This document shows positions 48,941 to 58,776 of a DNA stretch of 64,000 bases, in pieces (position 1 is the stretch's first letter; the number at the start of each line of letters is the position of its first letter). Position numbers and translations under genes: made by a program. Source of the stretch: an uncultured virus (IMG/VR IMGVR_UViG_3300028048_003121) (taxonomy: Duplodnaviria; Heunggongvirae; Uroviricota; Caudoviricetes); IMG/VR virus record IMGVR_UViG_3300028048_003121, one strand, 5' to 3'. The notes below the pieces were generated by a model that saw only the letters and a list, made by a program, of their open reading frames with translations, did no database searches and had not been told where the DNA came from.

Positions 48941-49510
48941 TTATCGTGCTGATGTCTCACAGACATCCTCGACGTATTCAGTCATCTGACGCAGGAGCCG
49001 GAAGGTCTTCTTTGTTAGCTTCTTATGCTTTAACTCTTCCAGAAGCTCCTGGTAGATGCTGTTATTCTCCTTATATTCTCGCGTGAGGAAATAACGCAGC
49101 CATTTGGAGTTGAGCTTCTGAGGAAACGGCAAACGGAGCTTACGGACTATCATGGCACTCATAGCCATTTGGTAGGACTCGTACAAGTAGAAACACTGCT
49201 TGGCCTTATAGTCGTACCAGTCGAAGAGCATGTGGGCAACATTCTTTTGGCGGTTGATGCTGATCTGAAAGCACTCAATCACACACTCTTCCTTGATGCT
49301 ACGTGCAAGACTCTTCAGCTCGTCTAAAGTCGTAGACTTCTTGATCTCGAAGATAACCTCACGGATAAACTTCATGTTGGCATGCGGAACTGAACCATTG
49401 GCAGCAATGATCTTTTCCTGCCTGACATCATAGGTGTCACTGACCCAAAACTCCTTGGTAGGGTGGAGGTCACGCTGACGGGGCTTTATTTCAAATACTT
49501 GCTGGATCAT
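48941..49510 (-). CDS. Degenerate Mob_Pre/MobV-like protein
   Basis: IREVIFEIKKSTTLDELKSL...QISINR...AHMLFDW resembles the Mob_Pre core but lacks an intact His motif. Confidence 0.45.
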   Translation of the reverse strand: MIQQVFEIKPRQRDLHPTKEFWVSDTYDVRQEKIIAANGSVPHANMKFIREVIFEIKKSTTLDELKSLARSIKEECVIECFQISINRQKNVAHMLFDWYDYKAKQCFYLYESYQMAMSAMIVRKLRLPFPQKLNSKWLRYFLTREYKENNSIYQELLEELKHKKLTKKTFRLLRQMTEYVEDVCETSAR

Positions 49511-49892
49511 AACACTATTTCTTTTCTTTATTTGAAGAGCATACTATCCAAAAAGCGACGGCAATGAAAGCCCATACTATCAGGGCAAGGCCTGAAAGGA
49601 ACAGTGTAAGCATCACTTCCTGTAAGTATGATAAAATTTCCATGAAACTCATAATCTATCGGATGTCTGTAGGTGAATGAAAAATTTCGTAGAGTACAGC
49701 GGCCAGAAGGCCTAACAGTACAAAACAGATAGAGAAGATAACCCAGGAACTCATAGTCACTATGTTTGAGAATGATGATCCACACCCTCACAAGGTGGCT
49801 TGTCCTCATGACCATATAGAATCTCCATTTCGAGATAACCACAGTAGGTGCCAGTACGGGCGGCACAATGCTTGCATTTTTCGTTCATAATA

Positions 49893-50678
49893 TCATTGTT
49901 TTTGTTTTGTCATATACTCATGAAGATCAAGATAACCGCTATACACCTTGGAGGTGTCAGAACAGCGGCCTTTGTTACGGTCGCGGATCGTCAGGGTCAT
50001 CATCTTACCTACGTCGGTGGTAGGAAACAGACAATAGATGTGCTTGTAGTCCTCACAGTCCAAAAGGGCATTGGGAAAGTTGCTGACATTGTTCACGACA
50101 ATACAGTCACACATGGACGGCAAGTCTGTTTCGACATTCTCCTTTAAGAGGGTGAGGTAAGACATATAATCCAAGAAGCTGGAGAATACACAGCAGTTGG
50201 CTGACTTCTGGCCCTTACGGAAAGGATAGAAGGAAATGCCAGGTGACTTGAAGGTGATAGTCTGGGGAACAATAGCCTCAGTATCATCCGTAACGGTGTC
50301 CATCCCGGAAGAGCCTTTGCCTTCCTTCAAGGCTTGCTTGGCCAGCTTGCGCTTGGAGCGGCGCATCACCTTCAAAGAGCGGATAAACTCCTGTTGCTCC
50401 TTTAGGGCACTGTTAATACGATGGGAGTTATTCATATTGCACAGGTCGTTGATGAGCTGGCTGCAATAGAACTCCAGACCGCCATTCTGGTTCTGCAACC
50501 CGACACCGGTATAGACCTTGTTAAGGATTAGCAGCTGAATGGACTTGGTATCATGAGGTACGACGGCATAATTGATACCGATGTCGGCAAGCTGGTTCCT
50601 GCCTGCAGCATCAAGAGGCGAAATGCTCTTGATGTTCGTACCTTGATTGGAACAGGGGATAATCAATGAGGTTGTCAT
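49893..50678 (-). CDS. Primase C-terminal/Toprim-like protein (degenerate)
   Basis: VGLQNQNGGLE; CCVFSSFLDYMSY; YSGYLDLHEY. Confidence 0.6.
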   Translation of the reverse strand: MTTSLIIPCSNQGTNIKSISPLDAAGRNQLADIGINYAVVPHDTKSIQLLILNKVYTGVGLQNQNGGLEFYCSQLINDLCNMNNSHRINSALKEQQEFIRSLKVMRRSKRKLAKQALKEGKGSSGMDTVTDDTEAIVPQTITFKSPGISFYPFRKGQKSANCCVFSSFLDYMSYLTLLKENVETDLPSMCDCIVVNNVSNFPNALLDCEDYKHIYCLFPTTDVGKMMTLTIRDRNKGRCSDTSKVYSGYLDLHEYMTKQKQ

Positions 50679-50681
50679 ACG

Positions 50682-51707
50682 TTATTTGTTTAAATTAGTC
50701 AATGATTTCTCGATCAGTAGCATTAAGTCGACTGGGGTGTGACCCATCTTAAAGTAGTCGCTGATGTCTTTCTCGCGCTTAGTACCGCTGAGAGGAAGAA
50801 CAAGCTGAGAGACGTTGAAACGTCCTGAGAACTCTGCCATACGGGCAGCGCTCTCGCGCTTGCCGGTTGTATCGCAGTCAAACATGAAGACAATATGATG
50901 AAAGCGCTCGGCCAAAGCAGTCATCTGACTGTCAGTAATCTTGGCTGACTCGCTATTGAAGGCAAGGGCAGTGAAACCGTGAGCGGCAAGGGTCATCACA
51001 TCTTTCTCCCCACCGGTGATAATAACGGTATCTCCATCGTCAGGAAGCTGGTTCCATCCGAACACATAAGGCTTGGGGAGGTTACCACCATAAAGGAATC
51101 GGGTTTTAGAGAAAGGTCGATAGACCTTGATACCGGTACAATCGTTGAAAGTGTAGCCGTACATCGGCTCCATAAAAGAGCCTGTATAACAGTAGGACTC
51201 TTTATTCTTGGGGAAGAAACGGCAGCTACGCACACTCTTCACCTCGTACTTCTTAAGGATGTCCTGAGTGATACCGTAACGCTGCCAATAGGCTAACTCA
51301 CGGGGCTTGAAAATCTGATAGGTGGCCTTGAAGGATATCGGACCTTCCTCATCTGGCTTGGGCGCAACCTTCTTAACCGGATGATAGTCAGCAGGGGCTT
51401 CTTCCATCACAAAAAGATCCAAATCCTTATCGATGGTGCGCAGCAGCTCACGGAAGTCAGTCATGGGATTGATGTTCATGCTCTTGGCGACGACGCTGAA
51501 GCAGTCACCAGACCATTCGCTGGCTCCGTAGTCCTTCATGATCCAGATGCCACCATTCCTTTTATTATAGTACAAACGGCACGATGGAGACTTGTCACCA
51601 CGGAAAGGATTGGCGAACAACTTACGCTGTACGTCCTTTCCGAGATAGTGGGTAAAGATGTCATACCCCCTATTGGTCTTGTCAAGTATCTTCTCTTTCT
51701 CCATCAT
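50682..51707 (-). CDS. Toprim DNA primase
   Basis: NPFRGDKSPS; IITGGEKDVM; FDCDTTG; KDISDYF. Confidence 0.88.
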   Translation of the reverse strand: MMEKEKILDKTNRGYDIFTHYLGKDVQRKLFANPFRGDKSPSCRLYYNKRNGGIWIMKDYGASEWSGDCFSVVAKSMNINPMTDFRELLRTIDKDLDLFVMEEAPADYHPVKKVAPKPDEEGPISFKATYQIFKPRELAYWQRYGITQDILKKYEVKSVRSCRFFPKNKESYCYTGSFMEPMYGYTFNDCTGIKVYRPFSKTRFLYGGNLPKPYVFGWNQLPDDGDTVIITGGEKDVMTLAAHGFTALAFNSESAKITDSQMTALAERFHHIVFMFDCDTTGKRESAARMAEFSGRFNVSQLVLPLSGTKREKDISDYFKMGHTPVDLMLLIEKSLTNLNK

Positions 51708-51717
51708 GGGTTTTTAA

Positions 51718-51996
51718 TTACTTTGTCTTTTCTATGTTAAAGGACAGGTAGGGCCTGCCGAAATTATTCTTGATAACGAGCTTGTCAGAACTGCTCTCTA
51801 ACTGTAAACGGCCTTTCTGCTTGATGATACGGCTCTTGTAAATCATCATCCTGATATAGCGGAGAATCACCTTGGCCTTATGTTCAGTGGGGAGATTGCC
51901 GTAAAGCTTGGGCTGTAGCCGTAGCAGGAGGGTAATCATCCAGGCAGGCCGTCGCTCTAGGAACTCTCTTTTCGATACCTTATACATCATGGGCAC
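51718..51996 (-). CDS. Hypothetical basic protein
   Basis: 92 aa; operon packing. Confidence 0.55.
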   Translation of the reverse strand: MPMMYKVSKREFLERRPAWMITLLLRLQPKLYGNLPTEHKAKVILRYIRMMIYKSRIIKQKGRLQLESSSDKLVIKNNFGRPYLSFNIEKTK

Positions 51997-52345
51997 CTCC
52001 TTCCTCTATGAACTCTTCCTGATGAAGCGAGGTTCCATCCTTTGAAACATGGATGTGACCCTGCAAACGGAAATAGTGCAGGCGGATAAAATCACCATTA
52101 TCGGCATCGGCACGTCGGATACAAAGTGTACCGGCTTCCTCATAACGGGTATGGAAGACGGAAATCTTCATGCTCTTACCTGGCACTTCCTTCTGAAGGT
52201 TCTGCTGGACGGTATCGAAAAACCGTTCCATCTCCTCCTTTTCTACAAAAGCATGGTGGATGGACTTGCGAATCTCAACGGCAAGCGGTTCAAGGCGCTT
52301 GGGGCAGGAAGAGGCGACATATATGTTATCAACAACGAAAATCAT
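51980..52345 (-). CDS. Hypothetical protein
   Basis: 121-aa ORF. Confidence 0.6.
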   Translation of the reverse strand: MIFVVDNIYVASSCPKRLEPLAVEIRKSIHHAFVEKEEMERFFDTVQQNLQKEVPGKSMKISVFHTRYEEAGTLCIRRADADNGDFIRLHYFRLQGHIHVSKDGTSLHQEEFIEEGGAHDV

Positions 52346-52378
52346 AAGAGTAGCAGTTATATATTTATTAATTGTTTC

Positions 52379-52648
52379 TTAGAGGTAGTCCTGCATGATG
52401 CCCTGGCAGCAGCGGAGATCGGAAATGCGGTATTCTACCTTTCCCGGACGCTTGGCGACGGGCACCAGCTTACCGTTCTTGACCCAACGCATGACATTGG
52501 CCTGACCGAACATCTTATAAGCCTTGTTCTGGGATATCACCTCGCTGGGATCGGACATGGCCTGCTTGAGCATGGGAGCCAGCTCAAGGGCAAGGTCATG
52601 AAGAAAGACCTTGTAAGGTACCATCTTATCAGCGAACTGCAACATCAT
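52379..52648 (-). CDS. Excisionase-like winged HTH protein
   Basis: ISQNKAYKMFGQANVMRWVKNGKLVP..RPGKVEYR. Confidence 0.7.
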   Translation of the reverse strand: MMLQFADKMVPYKVFLHDLALELAPMLKQAMSDPSEVISQNKAYKMFGQANVMRWVKNGKLVPVAKRPGKVEYRISDLRCCQGIMQDYL

Positions 52649-52651
52649 AGG

Positions 52652-52873
52652 CTATAAGTTGAAATTGTTCACAATGCGGTTAGTAGCCTGACGCCATGCC
52701 AACGGAGACTTGAAGTTTGATAGGACATCGGCATACTTGTACTTAGGTCCGGCCATGGCCAGATAGGCGGTGGCCTGCTGCTGGGCAGCTTCGACATTGG
52801 TACAGTTAGCCTCCCACATCATAAGCTTCTCATTCGCGTCCTCCGGGGTTAGCAGTATCATAAACTTTTCCAT
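52652..52873 (-). CDS. Hypothetical protein
   Basis: 73-aa ORF. Confidence 0.55.
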   Translation of the reverse strand: MEKFMILLTPEDANEKLMMWEANCTNVEAAQQQATAYLAMAGPKYKYADVLSNFKSPLAWRQATNRIVNNFNL

Positions 52874-52884
52874 AGACCTGAACT

Positions 52885-54063
52885 TTAGAGGGTTTCATTG
52901 ATAGTAGTAGTGACGTCGATACTCACAGTACCGTGCCAGTTGGCACGACTGCGGATCTCTTCAAGAAGGATTTCATCGGAAATCTGAGACAGGAACTCTC
53001 TCTGCTTCTCAGGGAGAGCTGACGACGGGACGGAAGCATCGATACACTTCTTGATGACTCTGGTCTTTTTCTGAGCCGTTGCCTTATGAGCATTGATGAC
53101 TGTCTGGGGAACGACACGGCGATAGCCTCTTTCCCTCTTGACGGGATGCCAGCCCTCGTTGAACTCGTCGGCAAATGCCCAATGGAATCCACCAGAGATA
53201 CCGCAACGGTCAATAGCACGAAGAACATTCTTAATGCCAAGGGCTTTCTCGGCAGCCTTGGCGGTGTCGAAACGGGCGACCTCCTTCAGGGTGGTCGTGT
53301 CGATCTGAACAACAGGACGTCGAAGGTACTGTCCATCAGTGACCGTCTTCTTTTCTCTCTTAACAACCTTGGCTTTTGGATTTGGCTTGAATGTCTCGGC
53401 ATTCTCTGGAGAACACCAGAAGAAACCGGCAGCGAGACGGGCATTCTTGACGGCACGGTCAAGATTGCAGGCACCAGTCTCTCTCTCTGCCTCACTGCGC
53501 GACGTCCAAATCTTAATAACCGCAAGGGTCTTCGGGTCAAGCTGGGCAACAGAAATAGGTGCCTTTCCTGGCTTCTTGACAGTAGTATTGTTTTCTTGCA
53601 TAACGGATATATGATTTAGATTTTCTTTTTCATCAGAAAAGTCAATACCTTGCAGGGGATCTTCTGTGTCATCCTGTGCAGGGGCTTGGGATTTTGATTC
53701 AGAAACTTCCACCTTGGGCTTTTCAACGGACTTTGCTTTAGGTTTAGCAACCTTTGCGGGCTGTTCTGTAGGCTTGGTGGAAGCTATATTATAGTCGAAA
53801 TCGGGAGCAGGGTAGGTTTTCGGGTCATTGCCATGAAGCCATGTCAAGACATGACAGAGAACGGAACAAGCGTTAACCTGGGCACGATGGTCGGCCTTAC
53901 AGTCCTTCAGGACAATGTCCATGAAGTGGCGGTCGATGAGCGTCACATCCATAGATCCATGCTTCTCCAGCAGAACCTTCTGCATGTTCGTGCGGTTCTT
54001 GGCAGCCAGAACTTTGTTGTCTGGAATTGCGGCCCATTGGGTAAATGCTTGCTTTAACGTCAT
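52885..54063 (-). CDS. Protein with two NUMOD1-like DNA-binding repeats
   Basis: VAQLDPKTL..IKIWTSRSEAER...AAGFFW and VVQIDTTTL.EVARFDTAKAAEK...SGGFHW. Confidence 0.7.
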   Translation of the reverse strand: MTLKQAFTQWAAIPDNKVLAAKNRTNMQKVLLEKHGSMDVTLIDRHFMDIVLKDCKADHRAQVNACSVLCHVLTWLHGNDPKTYPAPDFDYNIASTKPTEQPAKVAKPKAKSVEKPKVEVSESKSQAPAQDDTEDPLQGIDFSDEKENLNHISVMQENNTTVKKPGKAPISVAQLDPKTLAVIKIWTSRSEAERETGACNLDRAVKNARLAAGFFWCSPENAETFKPNPKAKVVKREKKTVTDGQYLRRPVVQIDTTTLKEVARFDTAKAAEKALGIKNVLRAIDRCGISGGFHWAFADEFNEGWHPVKRERGYRRVVPQTVINAHKATAQKKTRVIKKCIDASVPSSALPEKQREFLSQISDEILLEEIRSRANWHGTVSIDVTTTINETL

Positions 54064-54079
54064 ATACCTTATTATTATA

Positions 54080-54382
54080 TTATAGTTTCACTTCAGGTTT
54101 AACAGTACCGGCTACAAACGGAATGGTAGCCTGACGGGCAGTAGTCTTCTTGATAAACACTGGTTGGTCGGCACTCTTATAGATGCCGCGACGTTTTAGG
54201 ATAGTCTTGATGCCTTCACCAGACATACTGAAACGGTCTGCAAGATACTTGATGATACGGTTGGGAGAAACCTTCTTTGCAAGGATCTCCGTAGCGTAAT
54301 TCAAATACTCACGCTCGACATTTTCAGCCCTCTCGCGCAGGAAACGCTCATAATCTGTTTCGAAAGCGTTAATTTTTGTCAT
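54080..54382 (-). CDS. Cro-like HTH protein, first gene of the long leftward operon
   Basis: SPNRIIKYLADRFSMSGEGIKTILKRRGIY; divergent from the repressor. Confidence 0.6.
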   Translation of the reverse strand: MTKINAFETDYERFLRERAENVEREYLNYATEILAKKVSPNRIIKYLADRFSMSGEGIKTILKRRGIYKSADQPVFIKKTTARQATIPFVAGTVKPEVKL

Positions 54383-54385
54383 ATT

Positions 54386-54501
54386 CTTGGATGTTTACAT
54401 TGTTTTTAGTACCTTTGCACTCGAATTTGTACGTCCGTTTGTATCTATAGTTGCATCGGATTTTGTGCAAAGATAGGGATAAAAATTGATATTTCGTCAA
54501 G
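54386..54501. promoter_or_regulatory. Face-to-face Bacteroidetes promoters (genetic switch)
   Basis: TACCTTTG on + at 54410-54417; TATCTTTG on - at 54475-54468; each has CTTG ~20 nt upstream. Confidence 0.55.
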
Positions 54502-54595
54502 TTTTGGAGAAAAATACTTGATATTTAAGATTTTTTAATCCTTTTTGTTGATTTTACATCAATTTGACATCAACCATTAATGTGAAAAAGTATAT

Positions 54596-55078
54596 ATGGA
54601 TAAAGAACAAAGATTGAGATATAAAAGGTTCAAAGAGGCCTTCGATTATTTGAAAAGTATAGGAAGGATAGACAACCAAAAAGATTTGGCTGATATTCTA
54701 CACAAGACACCAGAAACAATCAGTAGGGTTATGGCAGGAAGCGGCAATAACCCAACCGAAAAATTCATGTTCTTTTTTGCTAAGGCATTTGCTCATGATC
54801 TCAACGAGGAATACCTTGTTAAGGGAACTGGTGAGCTTATCAGGGTAATACCTGAAAACGAACAATATAAACTTGGTGACCAGCGTTATATTGAACAACT
54901 TGAAGACAGACTTAAAAAGGCTGAATCGGAAATCCTCTTTTATAAACAGCAAATCGAAATAAAGGATGAACAATACCGAAATGTTCAAAAACAAGTTGAT
55001 GAGATGCGCGTAACTTTGAGAGATTATCAACGTTTCCTTCATCAAGAAAATAAAAAAGACCTGGCAGGTGTAGGATAA
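54596..55078 (+). CDS. XRE-family HTH repressor with coiled coil
   Basis: NQKDLADILHKTPETISRVM; LNEEYLVKGTGE. Confidence 0.8.
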   Translation: MDKEQRLRYKRFKEAFDYLKSIGRIDNQKDLADILHKTPETISRVMAGSGNNPTEKFMFFFAKAFAHDLNEEYLVKGTGELIRVIPENEQYKLGDQRYIEQLEDRLKKAESEILFYKQQIEIKDEQYRNVQKQVDEMRVTLRDYQRFLHQENKKDLAGVG

Positions 55079-55104
55079 TCAAGTTTGACTTCAGAAAATT
55101 TATT

Positions 55105-55299
55105 ATGGAAAGCTCAGGGAAAGTACTTCTGACAAAGCAAATGATAGAGGAAGGCCTTTCTTCTAAAGGAGGCTATAACAAAAAACAGCTGGAAATCCTT
55201 GGAGTTGAATGGCCACCTCAAAAGGGCTGGAAAAGTGCCTTGATTGGCACAATGATATCCCAGAAACAATATCAGAACTTCTTAAACGCGAAGAAATAA
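55105..55299 (+). CDS. Small conserved hypothetical protein
   Basis: GGYNKKQLEILGVEWPPQKGWK. Confidence 0.65.
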   Translation: MESSGKVLLTKQMIEEGLSSKGGYNKKQLEILGVEWPPQKGWKSALIGTMISQKQYQNFLNAKK

Positions 55300-55853
55300 T
55301 GAAACTGGCAACGGTAGGTTACCCATTTACGCCACTTATCAAATATATACCTCTCAGATACGATAATCTGGAACACTGGCAGAGGGCAGAACAAAGGTCT
55401 GTCCTTCAGTTCTCGAAAGGTATCATCAACCATGAGAACCTGGAGAAGCTGACAAATATCATTCTGGAAATTGTCAAAGACAATCCAAAGAAATGGATAG
55501 TCTGCTTCATGCCTGCAGCATCCAAGGAGAGAACTGAGGCCAGGTACGGGAGATTATCGGCATATCTGGCCCAGGTGTTGCCGTGTCCGGTTACCTTGAA
55601 GGCTATATTTAATAGTGTAGACGCCGAGCCTTCACATCTGACAGACAATATAACTCACTACAGGAGCTTTGTCTATATGGTCAACGACATTTATAAAAGA
55701 AACGTCGTTGTCATCGACGATGTGATATGCTCTGGCACAACATTCCATCACGTAGGCGACAAGCTGATGGAGTGCGGTGCCCTCTCAGTACATGGCGTTA
55801 TGTTCGCCATATCAATACATCCAAGATTACCAGTCAAGCAAAAGAAAAGGTAA
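55299..55853 (+). CDS. Phosphoribosyltransferase (ComF-like)
   Basis: VVVIDDVICSGTT PRPP-binding motif; ATG overlaps the upstream TAA. Confidence 0.8.
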   Translation: MKLATVGYPFTPLIKYIPLRYDNLEHWQRAEQRSVLQFSKGIINHENLEKLTNIILEIVKDNPKKWIVCFMPAASKERTEARYGRLSAYLAQVLPCPVTLKAIFNSVDAEPSHLTDNITHYRSFVYMVNDIYKRNVVVIDDVICSGTTFHHVGDKLMECGALSVHGVMFAISIHPRLPVKQKKR

Positions 55854-55874
55854 TGAAAATCATTGAAAATAAGT

Positions 55875-56135
55875 ACATTTTGTTGCGAATTTGTTGTTGT
55901 TAATCGCTCGAAGCGCCCATTTACAAAGAAAACATTGCTGCCGCGCAGGCTGCTGTAGAAGAAAATTAGTAAGTTACTGATAATGAATAAATTGGGTGTA
56001 ACATGCTGATAAATAGGTGGTTGCACCCAATTTTATTTAATAACGTTCTAAACGATTTTTTCTTAGTATTAGTAGGGATGTTGAGAAATAGTTGGTGACT
56101 TTAAAAGTGGGCTGTTGAGAGCATGTTGAGAAAAA
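55875..56135. mobile_element. attP-like region upstream of integrase
   Basis: TGTTGAGA at 56079, 56113 and 56124, TGTTGCGA at 55881; AT-rich centre. Confidence 0.45.
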
Positions 56136-56138
56136 ATT

Positions 56139-57617
56139 ATGGCTACATTCAGAATTAAAGTCCAAAAGCAAAGATCTGATGGATATTGGCCCGTTTACAT
56201 CAGGGTTATCCATCAAAGAGAGAGTTTCTTTATCAAAACCGACAAGGTTGTTGATAACAGTGGTATTGTCAAGAGTACAAAAGAGGTGAAAGACCCCTTT
56301 GTGTGTAAGTTCTGTAACATAAAGATTACAGAATATGTGGAAATGCTCAACAAAGTGGATATATCCACATGGAACGTCAAGGATGTCGTGACCTTCCTAA
56401 AGAAAGGAACTGAGGATATCTGTTTTTCGGACTATGCCCGAAAATACCACGATGAGCTATACAATACCGGCCATGAAAGAAATGCCCGGACGTATGAACT
56501 TGCACAGCAGAATATGGAACTCTATGCCGGCACAAATAAAATCATGTTCTCTCACCTGACATCGACATTCCTTAACGGATGGATAAAATCCCTTTCAAAC
56601 ACCTCCAGGGCAAAGGAACAATACCCTGTCTGCATGAGACAGGTGTTCAAACAAGCCCTGTTGGAATTTAACGACTATGATACAGGACTCATCCGTATCG
56701 CGACCAATCCTTGGCTGAAGGTCAAGATTCCCAAGGCTGATACGCCAGAAAAGAGAGCCATCACCATGCAGGAATGCAGGGCTTTCTTCTCAGCGCCTCT
56801 TCCGGAAAGCGACAGAAAATATCCACTTGCCGAACTTGGCCAGGATGTGGCAATGCTATCATTATGTCTGGCAGGCATAAATACGGTGGATATTTACTTC
56901 CTGAAGAAGAAAGACTATCATGACGGACTTATCTGTTACGAGAGAAAGAAAACCCGTGCTGCACGAGCCGATCATGCGTATTTTGAAATACGTGTTCCGT
57001 CAATCATACAGCCGATTATCGATAAATATCTCGATAAAACGGATTCTGAATACCTTTTTGTGTTCCAAAAGAGACTGTCAAGCTATGACAGCTTCAATGC
57101 CAATGTAAACATCGGCATACGACAGATCTGCAAAGATGTTCTCAATATACCGCGAGAATCGGCATATAGTATATATACCTTCCGGCATACATGGGCAACA
57201 GTGGCTCAGAATAACTGTGGTGCTACTCTTGCAGAGGTGGACTTCGGACTGAACCACGCCCATAAGACCAAGCTTGCCCGAACTTACGTGAAGATTGACT
57301 TTACGCCAGCATGGGAGCTGAACGAAAAAGTTATAGAGAAGATCTTCTTTACAGAAGAACAAACCAAAGAGCACGAGGTGAAGGTGGATCCACACTTTGG
57401 AAGATTCTCTTTCAAGCAGCTTATCAAGGGAACGCTGTATTATAGGGGAAAGGTCATGGTGACCATAGAGGATGTCGGCTTCAATAATGTCGAACAGGTC
57501 ATTATTGAACTGATGAAACAGCTTCCAAAGACGGTTCCTTCGCGCTCCATGGTACAGATACGTATTGAGAACAAGGATAAACAACAGACCCAGGATTACA
57601 CCAGAATGGTGAGATAA
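56139..57617 (+). CDS. int: Tyrosine recombinase/integrase
   Basis: Arm-binding N-terminus; SAM-like domain; AGINTVDI; YTFRHTWAT; LNHA; catalytic Y in RTYVK. Confidence 0.9.
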   Translation: MATFRIKVQKQRSDGYWPVYIRVIHQRESFFIKTDKVVDNSGIVKSTKEVKDPFVCKFCNIKITEYVEMLNKVDISTWNVKDVVTFLKKGTEDICFSDYARKYHDELYNTGHERNARTYELAQQNMELYAGTNKIMFSHLTSTFLNGWIKSLSNTSRAKEQYPVCMRQVFKQALLEFNDYDTGLIRIATNPWLKVKIPKADTPEKRAITMQECRAFFSAPLPESDRKYPLAELGQDVAMLSLCLAGINTVDIYFLKKKDYHDGLICYERKKTRAARADHAYFEIRVPSIIQPIIDKYLDKTDSEYLFVFQKRLSSYDSFNANVNIGIRQICKDVLNIPRESAYSIYTFRHTWATVAQNNCGATLAEVDFGLNHAHKTKLARTYVKIDFTPAWELNEKVIEKIFFTEEQTKEHEVKVDPHFGRFSFKQLIKGTLYYRGKVMVTIEDVGFNNVEQVIIELMKQLPKTVPSRSMVQIRIENKDKQQTQDYTRMVR

Positions 57618-57622
57618 GAAGA

Positions 57623-57689
57623 ATAGCGGAGCCTTACTCAGGTTCCGCTATCTCCTGCCTGAGATTGTCGCGCATTTTGCGCGACAATT
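57623..57689. terminator. Two hairpins between convergent genes
   Basis: ATAGCGGAGCCT...AGGTTCCGCTAT and ATTGTCGCGCA-TTT-TGCGCGACAAT. Confidence 0.6.
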
Positions 57690-57696
57690 AATGCTG

Positions 57697-58128
57697 TTAT
57701 TTCTTGTTCAACTTCCAGAGGCGGTCAAACTCCTCTACCCCGTTGCGCTCATCTTCCCTGCCCTGACGGTAGAACATCTGAGCCATGTCAACGACTTGCT
57801 TGCTACTGAAGATGTCACGCTTCTCAAAAACGTGATACTTGCACTCGTTGCCATGCTTCATGTTCCAGTCGGTGATGGCTTCAAGCCATCCGCACCACAA
57901 CATCATCCTTTTGGTGTGTTCCTCGATTGAAACTCCCCAGGTCTTCTTAAATTCTTCGTCGGTGACGGAATTAGCCTGCATTTCATACAGTTTATCACGT
58001 ACATTCTCAAACTGTTCACGACTTGGCTTCAATGTTCCATAGACAGCCATCATCAAGTTCTGTTCTGGCGACAGACTCTTCTTCAATTTCTTCATAATAG
58101 AATCCTCCATAAAAATAAAGTGAAACAA
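57697..58128 (-). CDS. Hypothetical protein
   Basis: ORF of up to 143 aa; start uncertain. Confidence 0.6.
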   Translation of the reverse strand: MFHFIFMEDSIMKKLKKSLSPEQNLMMAVYGTLKPSREQFENVRDKLYEMQANSVTDEEFKKTWGVSIEEHTKRMMLWCGWLEAITDWNMKHGNECKYHVFEKRDIFSSKQVVDMAQMFYRQGREDERNGVEEFDRLWKLNKK

Positions 58129-58419
58129 TAATATAAAAAATATTGCTGCACTGATGATGCAACAATATCGTTTTCTGAACCTAATACAAACGGTGTATAA
58201 ACTTTATACCCCCTTCTATTAGTATTATATCCTGCTTTTTGCCAATTTTAGGCATAGAGGATGGTATTTAACTTTATTTTAACACTATTCGTGCTAAAAT
58301 ATAGGTAATCTGTTCCAAAATGGGCAAAATCCGTTCCAATCAGCGTTGGTGACGCTGAAAACTCTCTGCCACTATTTCTTACGCGTCGCCTGTTGTTCAT
58401 CTTGTGTTTATCCTTGGTT

Positions 58420-58612
58420 TTTTGACGACATTTCCCTTTGCAAAGTTAGGCAGACGGATGGGTCGCCAAGTACCGTACCTATTCTTTCTGAAATTGCCTG
58501 GAAGCCTTCCGCAGATTACTGCATAATCTGGGTATTCCATGAAATTTCCTCGGAATTACTTGTCTAATACTCATCCTATATACTGCCTTTTTTAAGGCAA
58601 AGGAAAAGTCTA
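58420..58612 (+). promoter_or_regulatory. Large imperfect hairpin, copy 2 (candidate ssDNA promoter)
   Basis: Core 58467-58562 is 94/96 identical to 27722-27817; basal stem TTTCCCTTTGC / GCAAAGGAAA. Confidence 0.6.
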
Positions 58613-58776
58613 AAACCCGAAAGGATATGCCGATGTTAAAAAAAAGCTCCGCTACAGGAGCCAGAGAAGAAAAAGGAAGTCTTTCCCTCAGTTCAATCCG
58701 ATATATCACATATACGCAACAACAAATAACCCCAACAAACACCGAAGCCGACGGAATATAAACAGGCACCGAGAAT

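Noticed and set aside
49528..49866. 112-aa ORF from the track
   Set aside because: Better explained by three tightly packed ATG micro-ORFs in other frames
31774..54382. Prophage
   Set aside because: Phage-like early genes are present but no terminase, portal, capsid or tail genes, and the region is linked to a T4SS
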